DNA of 64,000 nt from Nemertoderma westbladi (Eukaryota; Animalia; Xenacoelomorpha), in assembly GCA_032718475.1 (NCBI GenBank), contig JAUCBJ010009012.1, positions 1 to 64,000 on the forward strand. Reading direction: 5' to 3'. The position numbers and the translations under genes were made by a program. Position 1 is the stretch's first letter, and the number at the start of each line of letters is the position of its first letter. This document shows, in pieces, positions 14,901 to 29,000 of the stretch. The notes below the pieces were generated by a model. That model was given only the letters and a program-made list of their open reading frames with translations. It made no database searches and was not told the origin of the DNA.

Positions 14901-17900
14901 TAGTACATTTACCTAAACAAACATATCGGTAGTACATTTACCTAAACAAACATATCGGTTGTACATTTACCTAAACAAACATATCGGTAGTACATTTACC
15001 TAAACAAACCTATCGGTAGTACATTTACCTAAACAAACATATCGGTTGTACATTTACCTAAACAAACATATCGGTAGTACATTTACCTAAACAAACATAT
15101 CGGTAGTACATTTACCTAAACAAACATATCGGTAGTCCGTAGTACATTTACCTAAACAAACATATCGGTAGTACATTTACCTAAACAAACATATCGGTAG
15201 TACATTTACCTAAACAAACATATCGGTAGTACATTTACCTAAACAAACATATCGGTAGTACATTTACCTAAACAAACATATCGGTAGTCCGTAGTACATT
15301 TACCTAAACAAACATATCGGTAGTACATTTACCTAAACAAACATATCGGTAGTACATTTACCTAAACAAACATATCGGTAGTACATTTACCTAAACAAAC
15401 ATATCGGTAGTACATTTACCTAAACAAACATATCGGTAGTACATTTACCTAAACAAACATATCGGTAGTACATTTACCTAAACAAACATATCGGTAGTAC
15501 ATTTACCTAAACAAACATATCGGTAGTACATTTACCTAAACAAACATATCGGTTGTACATTTACCTAAACAAACATATCGGTAGTACATTTACCTAAACA
15601 AACATATCGGTAGTACATTTACCTAAACAAACATATCGGTAGTACATTTACCTAAACAAACATATCGGTTGTACATTTACCTAAACAAACATATCGGTAG
15701 TACATTTACCTAAACAAACATATCGGTAGTACATTTACCTAAACAAACATATCGGTAGTACATTTACCTAAACAAACATATCGGTAGTACATTTACCTAA
15801 ACAAACATATCGGTAGTACATTTACCTAAACAAACATATCGGTAGTACATTTACCTAAACAAACATATCGGTTGTACATTTACCTAAACAAACATATCGG
15901 TTGTACATTTACCTAAACAAACATATCGGTAGTACATTTACCTAAACAAACATATCGGTAGTCCGTAGTACATTTACCTAAACAAACATATCGGTTGTAC
16001 ATTTACCTAAACAAACATATCGGTAGTACATTTACCTAAACAAACATATCGGTTGTACATTTACCTAAACAAACATATCGGTAGTACATTTACCTAAACA
16101 AACATATCGGATCGGTAGTACATTTACCTAAACAAACATATCGGTTGTACATTTACCTAAACAAACATATCGGTAGTACATTTACCTAAACAAACATATC
16201 GGTAGTACATTTACCTAAACAAACATATCGGTTGTACATTTACCTAAACAAACATATCGGTAGTACATTTACCTAAACAAACATATCGGTAGTACATTTA
16301 CCTAAACAAACATATCGGTTGTACATTTACCTAAACAAACATATCGGTAGTACATTTACCTAAACAAACATATCGGTAGTACATTTACCTAAACAAACAT
16401 ATCGGTAGTCCGTAGTACATTTACCTAAACAAACATATCGGTAGTACATTTACCTAAACAAACATATCGGTAGTACATTTACCTAAACAAACATATCGGT
16501 AGTACATTTACCTAAACAAACATATCGGTAGTACATTTACCTAAACAAACATATCGGTAGTCCGTAGTACATTTACCTAAACAAACATATCGGTAGTACA
16601 TTTACCTAAACAAACATATCGGTAGTACATTTACCTAAACAAACATATCGGTAGTACATTTACCTAAACAAACATATCGGTAGTACATTTACCTAAACAA
16701 ACATATCGGTAGTACATTTACCTAAACAAACATATCGGTAGTACATTTACCTAAACAAACATATCGGTTGTACATTTACCTAAACAAACATATCGGTTGT
16801 ACATTTACCTAAACAAACATATCGGTTGTACATTTACCTAAACAAACATATCGGTAGTACATTTACCTAAACAAACATATCGTTATCGGTTGTACATTTA
16901 CCTAAACAAACATATCGGTAGTACATTTACCTAAACAAACATATCGGTTGTACATTTACCTAAACAAACATATCGGTAGTACATTTACCTAAACAAACAT
17001 ATCGTTATCGGTTGTACATTTACCTAAACAAACATATCGGTAGTACATTTACCTAAACAAACATATCGGTTGTACATTTACCTAAACAAACATATCGGTT
17101 GTACATTTACCTAAACAAACATATCGGTAGTACATTTACCTAAACAAACATATCGGTTGTACATTTACCTAAACAAACATATCGGTTGTACATTTACCTA
17201 AACAAACATATCGGTATCGGTTGTACATTTACCTAAACAAACATATCGGTAGTACATTTACCTAAACAAACATATCGGTTGTACATTTACCTAAACAAAC
17301 ATATCGGTTGTACATTTACCTAAACAAACATATCGGTTGTACATTTACCTAAACAAACATATCGGTAGTACATTTACCTAAACAAACATATCGTTATCGG
17401 TTGTACATTTACCTAAACAAACATATCGGTAGTACATTTACCTAAACAAACATATCGGTTGTACATTTACCTAAACAAACATATCGGTATCGGTTGTACA
17501 TTTACCTAAACAAACATATCGGTTGTACATTTACCTAAACAAACATATCGGTATCGGTTGTACATTTACCTAAACAAACATATCGGTTGTACATTTACCT
17601 AAACAAACATATCGGTAGTACATTTACCTAAACAAACATATCGGTAGTACATTTACCTAAACAAACATATCGGTTGTACATTTACCTAAACAAACATATC
17701 GGTAGTACATTTACCTAAACAAACATATCGGTAGTACATTTACCTAAACAAACATATCGGTAGTCCGTAGTACATTTACCTAAACAAACATATCGGTAGT
17801 ACATTTACCTAAACAAACATATCGGTAGTACATTTACCTAAACAAACATATCGGTAGTACATTTACCTAAACAAACATATCGGTTGTACATTTACCTAAA

Positions 17901-20900
17901 CAAACATATCGGTAGTACATTTACCTAAACAAACAAAGCGGTTGTACATTTACCTAAACAAACATATCGGTTGTACATTTACCTAAACAAACCTATCGGT
18001 TGTACATTTACCTAAACAAACATATCGGTTGTACATTTACCTAAACAAACATATCGGTTGTACATTTACCTAAACAAACATATCGGTAGTACATTTACCT
18101 AAACAAACAAAGCGGTTGTACATTTACCTAAACAAACATATCAGTAGTACATTTACCTAAACAAACATATCGGTAGTACATTTACCTAAACAAACATATC
18201 GGTAGTACATTTACCTAAACAAACATATCGGTAGTACATTTACCTAAACAAACATATCGGTAGTCCGTAGTACATTTACCTAAACAAACATATCGGTAGT
18301 ACATTTACCTAAACAAACATATCGGTTGTACATTTACCTAAACAAACATATCGGTAGTACATTTACCTAAACAAACATATCGGTAGTACATTTACCTAAA
18401 CAAACATATCGGTTGTACATTTACCTAAACAAACATATCGGTAGTACATTTACCTAAACAAACAAAGCGGTTGTACATTTACCTAAACAAACATATCGGT
18501 TGTACATTTACCTAAACAAACCTATCGGTTGTACATTTACCTAAACAAACATATCGGTTGTACATTTACCTAAACAAACATATCGGTTGTACATTTACCT
18601 AAACAAACATATCGGTAGTACATTTACCTAAACAAACAAAGCGGTTGTACATTTACCTAAACAAACATATCAGTAGTACATTTACCTAAACAAACATATC
18701 GGTAGTACATTTACCTAAACAAACATATCGGTTGTACATTTACCTAAACAAACATATCGGTAGTACATTTACCTAAACAAACAAAGCGGTTGTACATTTA
18801 CCTAAACAAACATATCGGTTGTACATTTACCTAAACAAACCTATCGGTTGTACATTTACCTAAACAAACATATCGGTTGTACATTTACCTAAACAAACAT
18901 ATCGGTTGTACATTTACCTAAACAAACATATCGGTAGTACATTTACCTAAACAAACAAAGCGGTTGTACATTTACCTAAACAAACATATCAGTAGTACAT
19001 TTACCTAAACAAACATATCGGTAGTACATTTACCTAAACAAACATATCGGTTGTACATTTACCTAAACAAACATATCGGTAGTACATTTACCTAAACAAA
19101 CATATCGTTATCGGTTGTACATTTACCTAAACAAACATATCGGTAGTACATTTACCTAAACAAACATATCGGTTGTACATTTACCTAAACAAACATATCG
19201 GTTGTACATTTACCTAAACAAACATATCGGTAGTACATTTACCTAAACAAACATATCGGTTGTACATTTACCTAAACAAACATATCGGTTGTACATTTAC
19301 CTAAACAAACATATCGGTATCGGTTGTACATTTACCTAAACAAACATATCGGTAGTACATTTACCTAAACAAACATATCGGTTGTACATTTACCTAAACA
19401 AACATATCGGTAGTACATTTACCTAAACAAACAAAGCGGTTGTACATTTACCTAAACAAACATATCGGTTGTACATTTACCTAAACAAACCTATCGGTTG
19501 TACATTTACCTAAACAAACATATCGGTTGTACATTTACCTAAACAAACATATCGGTTGTACATTTACCTAAACAAACATATCGGTAGTACATTTACCTAA
19601 ACAAACATAGCGGTTGTACATTTACCTAAACAAACATATCGGTAGTACATTTACCTAAACAAACATATCGGTAGTACATTTACCTAAACAAACATATCGG
19701 TAGTACATTTACCTAAACAAACATATCGGTAGTACATTTACCTAAACAAACATATCGGTAGTCCGTAGTACATTTACCTAAACAAACATATCGGTAGTAC
19801 ATTTACCTAAACAAACATATCGGTTGTACATTTACCTAAACAAACATATCGGTAGTACATTTACCTAAACAAACATATCGGTAGTACATTTACCTAAACA
19901 AACATATCGGTTGTACATTTACCTAAACAAACATATCGGTAGTACATTTACCTAAACAAACAAAGCGGTTGTACATTTACCTAAACAAACATATCGGTTG
20001 TACATTTACCTAAACAAACCTATCGGTTGTACATTTACCTAAACAAACATATCGGTAGTACATTTACCTAAACAAACATATCGGTAGTACATTTACCTAA
20101 ACAAACATATCGGTAGTACATTTACCTAAACAAACATATCGGTAGTACATTTACCTAAACAAACATATCGGTAGTACATTTACCTAAACAAACATATCGG
20201 TAGTACATTTACCTAAACAAACATATCGGTAGTACATTTACCTAAACAAACATATCGGTAGTACATTTACCTAAACAAACATATCGGTTGTACATTTACC
20301 TAAACAAACATATCGGTAGTACATTTACCTAAACAAACATATCGGTAGTACATTTACCTAAACAAACATATCGGTAGTACATTTACCTAAACAAACATAT
20401 CGGTTGTACATTTACCTAAACAAACATATCGGTAGTACATTTACCTAAACAAACATATCGGTAGTACATTTACCTAAACAAACATATCGGTAGTACATTT
20501 ACCTAAACAAACATATCGGTAGTACATTTACCTAAACAAACATATCGGTAGTACATTTACCTAAACAAACATATCGGTAGTACATTTACCTAAACAAACA
20601 TATCGGTTGTACATTTACCTAAACAATCATATCGGTTGTACATTTACCTAAACAAACATATCGGTAGTACATTTACCTAAACAAACATATCGGTAGTCCG
20701 TAGTACATTTACCTAAACAAACATATCGGTTGTACATTTACCTAAACAAACATATCGGTAGTACATTTACCTAAACAAACATATCGGTTGTACATTTACC
20801 TAAACAAACATATCGGTAGTACATTTACCTAAACAAACATATCGGATCGGTAGTACATTTACCTAAACAAACATATCGGTTGTACATTTACCTAAACAAA

Positions 20901-23900
20901 CATATCGGTAGTACATTTACCTAAACAAACATATCGGTAGTACATTTACCTAAACAAACATATCGGTTGTACATTTACCTAAACAAACATATCGGTAGTA
21001 CATTTACCTAAACAAACATATCGGTAGTACATTTACCTAAACAAACATATCGGTTGTACATTTACCTAAACAAACATATCGGTAGTACATTTACCTAAAC
21101 AAACATATCGGTAGTACATTTACCTAAACAAACATATCGGTAGTCCGTAGTACATTTACCTAAACAAACATATCGGTAGTACATTTACCTAAACAAACAT
21201 ATCGGTAGTACATTTACCTAAACAAACATATCGGTAGTACATTTACCTAAACAAACATATCGGTAGTACATTTACCTAAACAAACATATCGGTAGTCCGT
21301 AGTACATTTACCTAAACAAACATATCGGTAGTACATTTACCTAAACAAACATATCGGTAGTACATTTACCTAAACAAACATATCGGTAGTCGTAGTACAT
21401 TTACCTAAACAAACATATCGGTAGTACATTTACCTAAACAAACATATCGGTAGTACATTTACCTAAACAAACATATCGGTAGTACATTTACCTAAACAAA
21501 CATATCGGTATCGTAGTACATTTACCTAAACAAACATATCGGTAGTACATTTACCTAAACAAACATATCGGTAGTACATTTACCTAAACAAACATATCGG
21601 TAGTACATTTACCTAAACAAACATATCGGTAGTACATTTACCTAAACAAACATATCGGTAGTACATTTACCTAAACAAACATATCGGTAGTACATTTACC
21701 TAAACAAACATATCGGTAGTACATTTACCTAAACAAACATATCGGTAGTACATTTACCTAAACAAACATATCGGTAGTACATTTACCTAAACAAACATAT
21801 CGGTAGTACATTTACCTAAACAAACATATCGGTAGTACATTTACCTAAACAAACATATCGGTAGTACATTTACCTAAACAAACATATCGGTAGTACATTT
21901 ACCTAAACAAACATATCGGTAGTCCGTAGTACATTTACCTAAACAAACATATCGGTAGTACATTTACCTAAACAAACATATCGGTAGTACATTTACCTAA
22001 ACAAACATATCGGTAGTCCGTAGTACATTTACCTAAACAAACATATCGGTAGTACATTTACCTAAACAAACATATCGGTAGTACATTTACCTAAACAAAC
22101 ATATCGGTAGTACATTTACCTAAACAAACATATCGGTAGTCCGTAGTACATTTACCTAAACAAACATATCGGTAGTACATTTACCTAAACAAACATATCG
22201 GTAGTACATTTACCTAAACAAACATATCGGTAGTACATTTACCTAAACAAACATATCGGTAGTACATTTACCTAAACAAACATATCGGTAGTCCGTAGTA
22301 CATTTACCTAAACAAACATATCGGTAGTACATTTACCTAAACAAACATATCGGTAGTACATTTACCTAAACAAACATATCGGTAGTCCGTAGTACATTTA
22401 CCTAAACAAACATATCGGTAGTACATTTACCTAAACAAACATATCGGTAGTACATTTACCTAAACAAACATATCGGTAGTACATTTACCTAAACAAACAT
22501 ATCGGTAGTACATTTACCTAAACAAACATATCGGTAGTCCGTAGTACATTTACCTAAACAAACATATCGGTAGTACATTTACCTAAACAAACATATCGGT
22601 AGTACATTTACCTAAACAAACATATCGGTTGTACATTTACCTAAACAAACATATCGGTTGTACATTTACCTAAACAAACATATCGGTTGTACATTTACCT
22701 AAACAAACATATCGGTAGTACATTTACCTAAACAAACATATCGGTAGTACATTTACCTAAACAAACATATCGGTAGTACATTTACCTAAACAAACATATC
22801 GGTAGTACATTTACCTAAACAAACATATCGGTAGTACATTTACCTAAACAAACATATCGGTAGTACATTTACCTAAACAAACATATCGGTTGTACATTTA
22901 CCTAAACAAACATATCGGTTGTACATTTACCTAAACAAACATATCGGTTGTACATTTACCTAAACAAACATATCGGTAGTACATTTACCTAAACAAACAT
23001 ATCGTTATCGGTTGTACATTTACCTAAACAAACATATCGGTAGTACATTTACCTAAACAAACATATCGGTTGTACATTTACCTAAACAAACATATCGGTA
23101 GTACATTTACCTAAACAAACATATCGTTATCGGTTGTACATTTACCTAAACAAACATATCGGTAGTACATTTACCTAAACAAACATATCGGTTGTACATT
23201 TACCTAAACAAACATATCGGTTGTACATTTACCTAAACAAACATATCGGTTGTACATTTACCTAAACAAACATATCGGTAGTACATTTACCTAAACAAAC
23301 ATATCGGTTGTACATTTACCTAAACAAACATATCGGTTGTACATTTACCTAAACAAACATATCGGTATCGGTTGTACATTTACCTAAACAAACATATCGG
23401 TAGTACATTTACCTAAACAAACATATCGGTTGTACATTTACCTAAACAAACATATCGGTTGTACATTTACCTAAACAAACATATCGGTTGTACATTTACC
23501 TAAACAAACATATCGGTAGTACATTTACCTAAACAAACATATCGTTATCGGTTGTACATTTACCTAAACAAACATATCGGTAGTACATTTACCTAAACAA
23601 ACATATCGGTTGTACATTTACCTAAACAAACATATCGGTATCGGTTGTACATTTACCTAAACAAACATATCGGTTGTACATTTACCTAAACAAACATATC
23701 GGTATCGGTTGTACATTTACCTAAACAAACATATCGGTTGTACATTTACCTAAACAAACATATCGGTAGTACATTTACCTAAACAAACATATCGGTAGTA
23801 CATTTACCTAAACAAACATATCGGTTGTACATTTACCTAAACAAACATATCGGTAGTACATTTACCTAAACAAACATATCGGTAGTACATTTACCTAAAC

Positions 23901-25725
23901 AAACATATCGGTAGTCCGTAGTACATTTACCTAAACAAACATATCGGTAGTACATTTACCTAAACAAACATATCGGTAGTACATTTACCTAAACAAACAT
24001 ATCGGTAGTACATTTACCTAAACAAACATATCGGTTGTACATTTACCTAAACAAACATATCGGTAGTACATTTACCTAAACAAACAAAGCGGTTGTACAT
24101 TTACCTAAACAAACATATCGGTTGTACATTTACCTAAACAAACCTATCGGTTGTACATTTACCTAAACAAACATATCGGTTGTACATTTACCTAAACAAA
24201 CATATCGGTTGTACATTTACCTAAACAAACATATCGGTAGTACATTTACCTAAACAAACAAAGCGGTTGTACATTTACCTAAACAAACATATCAGTAGTA
24301 CATTTACCTAAACAAACATATCGGTAGTACATTTACCTAAACAAACATATCGGTAGTACATTTACCTAAACAAACATATCGGTAGTACATTTACCTAAAC
24401 AAACATATCGGTAGTCCGTAGTACATTTACCTAAACAAACATATCGGTAGTACATTTACCTAAACAAACATATCGGTTGTACATTTACCTAAACAAACAT
24501 ATCGGTAGTACATTTACCTAAACAAACATATCGGTAGTACATTTACCTAAACAAACATATCGGTTGTACATTTACCTAAACAAACATATCGGTAGTACAT
24601 TTACCTAAACAAACAAAGCGGTTGTACATTTACCTAAACAAACATATCGGTTGTACATTTACCTAAACAAACCTATCGGTTGTACATTTACCTAAACAAA
24701 CATATCGGTTGTACATTTACCTAAACAAACATATCGGTTGTACATTTACCTAAACAAACATATCGGTAGTACATTTACCTAAACAAACAAAGCGGTTGTA
24801 CATTTACCTAAACAAACATATCAGTAGTACATTTACCTAAACAAACATATCGGTAGTACATTTACCTAAACAAACATATCGGTTGTACATTTACCTAAAC
24901 AAACATATCGGTAGTACATTTACCTAAACAAACAAAGCGGTTGTACATTTACCTAAACAAACATATCGGTTGTACATTTACCTAAACAAACCTATCGGTT
25001 GTACATTTACCTAAACAAACATATCGGTTGTACATTTACCTAAACAAACATATCGGTTGTACATTTACCTAAACAAACATATCGGTAGTACATTTACCTA
25101 AACAAACAAAGCGGTTGTACATTTACCTAAACAAACATATCAGTAGTACATTTACCTAAACAAACATATCGGTAGTACATTTACCTAAACAAACATATCG
25201 GTTGTACATTTACCTAAACAAACATATCGGTAGTACATTTACCTAAACAAACATATCGTTATCGGTTGTACATTTACCTAAACAAACATATCGGTAGTAC
25301 ATTTACCTAAACAAACATATCGGTTGTACATTTACCTAAACAAACATATCGGTTGTACATTTACCTAAACAAACATATCGGTAGTACATTTACCTAAACA
25401 AACATATCGGTTGTACATTTACCTAAACAAACATATCGGTTGTACATTTACCTAAACAAACATATCGGTATCGGTTGTACATTTACCTAAACAAACATAT
25501 CGGTAGTACATTTACCTAAACAAACATATCGGTTGTACATTTACCTAAACAAACATATCGGTTGTACATTTACCTAAACAAACATATCGGTTGTACATTT
25601 ACCTAAACAAACATATCGGTAGTACATTTACCTAAACAAACATATCGGTTGTACATTTACCTAAACAAACATATCGGTAGTACATTTACCTAAACAAACA
25701 TATCGGTTGTACATTTACCTAAACA
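5924..25725. repeat. 29-bp satellite, ~19.8 kb (about 680 units), derived from the aconitase intron-4/exon-5 junction
   Basis: Highly homogeneous tandem unit. Its minus strand reads ATGTTTGTTTAG GTAAATGTACWACCGAT. Recurrent variants form kb-scale duplicated blocks. Confidence 0.98.
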
Positions 25726-25869
25726 CCTCCAACATGTGTAACGTAACCCATTGGAACCAGCCTATAAGTTGTAGGTTTGAAGTGATGGCGATTGAAATAA
25801 TATGGGTAGGATGTAGTTTATAGTTGACATATATTTAATCTCGCAGAGGCTGCATGTATTGAGTCTAAC

Positions 25870-26052
25870 CTTTTACTTTAATAAGGACAACGGCGTCTAT
25901 AATATCTTTACCATCCCAAACTGGGAAAGGGTCTAACAACTGTAGTCTGTCGCTGGTTGGAGACACGTCTACCGACTTCGAGCTGCCCTCGGCGGGGGGG
26001 TGTTGGTAAGTATCCTCTCCTGGGTCGAAACCCAAACTCGGTAAGTGCTCAC
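25870..26052 (-). CDS. ACO2: Mitochondrial aconitase, exon 4 (missed by the ORF track)
   Basis: Translates (G)[60 protein letters not shown](G). Acceptor ttacttAG at 26053-26054, donor GTTAGA at 25869. 183 nt, phase 1 to phase 1. Confidence 0.93.
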
Positions 26053-26054
26053 CT

Positions 26055-29000
26055 AAGTAATGAAAGGGTGGAAATGGTGAGTAATGGAAAGGTGGAAAGA
26101 GTAAGTGATTAATGGAAGGGTGGAAATGGTAAGTGAGTAATGGAAGGGTGGGAATGGTAAGTGAGTAATGGAAAGGTGGAATTGGTAAGTGAGTAATGGA
26201 AAGGTGGAAATGGTAATTTATTAATGGAAGGGTAGAAATGGTAAGTGAGAAAAGGAAGGGTGGAACTTGTAAGGGAGTAATGGAAGGGTGGAACTTGTAA
26301 GTGAGTAATGGAAGGGTGGAAATGGTAAGTGAGTAATGGAAAGGTGGAAATGGTAATTTATTAATGGAAGGGTAGAAATGGTAAGTGAGAAAAGGAAGGG
26401 TGGAACTTGTAAGGGAGTAATGGAAGGGTGGAACTTGTAAGTGAGTAATGGAAGGGTGGAAATGGTAAGTGAGTAATAGAAGGGTGGAACTTGTAAGGGA
26501 GTAATGGAAGGGTGGGAATGGTAAGTGAGTAATGGAAAGGTGGAATTGGTAAGTGAGTAATGGAAAGGTGGAAATGGTAATTTATTAATGGAAGGGTAGA
26601 AATGGTAAGTGAGAAAAGGAAGGGTGGAACTTGTAAGGGAGTAATGGAAGGGTGGAACTTGTAAGTGAGTAATGGAAGGGTGGAAATGGTAAGTGAGTAA
26701 TAGAAGGGTGGAACTTGTAAGGGAGTAATGGAAGGGTGGGAATGGTAAGTGAGTAATGGAAAGGTGGAATTGGTAAGTGAGTAATGGAAAGGTGGAAATG
26801 GTAATTTATTAATGGAAGGGTAGAAATGGTAAGTGAGAAAAGGAAGGGTGGAACTTGTAAGGGAGTAATGGAAGGGTGGAACTTGTAAGTGAGTAATGGA
26901 AGGGTGGAAATGGTAAGTGAGTAATGGAAAGGTGGAATTGGTAAGTGAGTAATGGAAAGGTGGAATTGGTAAGTAGTAATGGAAAGGTGGAAATGGTAAT
27001 TTATTAATGGAAGGGTAGAAATGGTAAGTGAGAAAAGGAAGGGTGGAACTTGTAAGGGAGTAATGGAAGGGTGGAACTTGTAAGTGAGTAATGGAAGGGT
27101 GGAAATGGTAAGTGAGTAATGGAAGCGTGGAAATGATAAGTGAGTAATGGAAGGGTGGAACTTGAACGTGAGTAATGGGAGGGTGGAAAAGGTAAGTGAG
27201 TAATGGAAGGGTGGAAATGGTAAGTGAGTAATAGAAGGGTGGAAATTGTAAGTGAGTAATGGAAGGGTGGAACTTGTAAGGGAGTAATGGAATGGTGGAA
27301 AAGGTAAGTGAGTAATGGAAGGGTGGAACTTGAACATGAGTAATGGGAGGGTGGAAAAGGTAAGTGAGTAATGGAAAGGTGGAATTGGTAAGTGGTAATG
27401 GAAAGGTGGAAATGGTAATTTATTAATGGAAGGGTAGAAATGGTAAGTGAGAAAAGGAAGGGTGGAACTTGTAAGGGAGTAATGGAAGGGTGGAACTTGT
27501 AAGTGAGTAATGGAAGGGTGGAAATGGTAAGTGAGAAAAGGAAGGGTGGAACTTGTAAGGGAGTAATGGAAGGGTGGAACTTGTAAGTGAGTAATGGAAA
27601 GGTGGAAATGGTAATTTATTAATGGAAGGGTAGAAATGGTAAGTGAGAAAAGGAAGGGTGGAACTTGTAAGGGAGTAATGGAAGGGTGGAACTTGTAAGT
27701 GAGTAATGGAAGGGTGGAAATGGTAAGTGAGTAATAGAAGGGTGGAACTTGTAAGGGAGTAATGGAAGGGTGGGAATGGTAAGTGAGTAATGGAAAGGTG
27801 GAATTGGTAAGTGAGTAATGGAAAGGTGGAAATGGTAATTTATTAATGGAAGGGTAGAAATGGTAAGTGAGAAAAGGAAGGGTGGAACTTGTAAGGGAGT
27901 AATGGAAGGGTGGAACTTGTAAGTGAGTAATGGAAGGGTGGAAATGGTAAGTGAGTAATGGAAAGGTGGAATTGGTAAGTGAGTAATGGAAAGGTGGAAT
28001 TGGTAAGTAGTAATGGAAAGGTGGAAATGGTAATTTATTAATGGAAGGGTAGAAATGGTAAGTGAGAAAAGGAAGGGTGGAACTTGTAAGGGAGTAATGG
28101 AAGGGTGGAACTTGTAAGTGAGTAATGGAAGGGTGGAAATGGTAAGTGAGTAATGGAAGCGTGGAAATGATAAGTGAGTAATGGAAGGGTGGAACTTGAA
28201 CGTGAGTAATGGGAGGGTGGAAAAGGTAAGTGAGTAATGGAAGGGTGGAAATGGTAAGTGAGTAATAGAAGGGTGGAAATTGTAAGTGAGTAATGGAAGG
28301 GTGGAACTTGTAAGGGAGTAATGGAATGGTGGAAAAGGTAAGTGAGTAATGGAAGGGTGGAACTTGAACGTGAGTAATGGGAGGGTGGAAAAGGTAAGTG
28401 AGTAATGGAAAGGTGGAATTGGTAAGTAGTAATGGAAAGGTGGAAATGGTAATTTATTAATGGAAGGGTAGAAATGGTAAGTGAGAAAAGGAAGGGTGGA
28501 ACTTGTAAGGGAGTAATGGAAGGGTGGAACTTGTAAGTGAGTAATGGAAGGGTGGAAATGGTAAGTGAGAAAAGGAAGGGTGGAACTTGTAAGGGAGTAA
28601 TGGAAGGGTGGAACTTGTAAGTGAGTAATGGAAAGGTGGAAATGGTAATTTATTAATGGAAGGGTAGAAATGGTAAGTGAGAAAAGGAAGGGTGGAACTT
28701 GTAAGGGAGTAATGGAAGGGTGGAACTTGTAAGTGAGTAATGGAAGGGTGGAAATGGTAAGTGAGTAATAGAAGGGTGGAACTTGTAAGGGAGTAATGGA
28801 AGGGTGGGAATGGTAAGTGAGTAATGGAAAGGTGGAATTGGTAAGTGAGTAATGGAAAGGTGGAAATGGTAATTTATTAATGGAAGGGTAGAAATGGTAA
28901 GTGAGAAAAGGAAGGGTGGAACTTGTAAGGGAGTAATGGAAGGGTGGAACTTGTAAGTGAGTAATGGAAGGGTGGAAATGGTAAGTGAGTAATGGAAAGG

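Noticed and set aside
5924-25725. CRISPR array (29-bp repeats)
   Set aside because: Units are head-to-tail with no unique spacers, there are no cas genes, and the context is eukaryotic.
25871-25877. Alternative exon-4 donor ATT AAA|GTAAAA (phase 0)
   Set aside because: The downstream acceptor units start with GT AAA TGT, which needs the phase-1 donor at 25869 to give VKGKCTTD.
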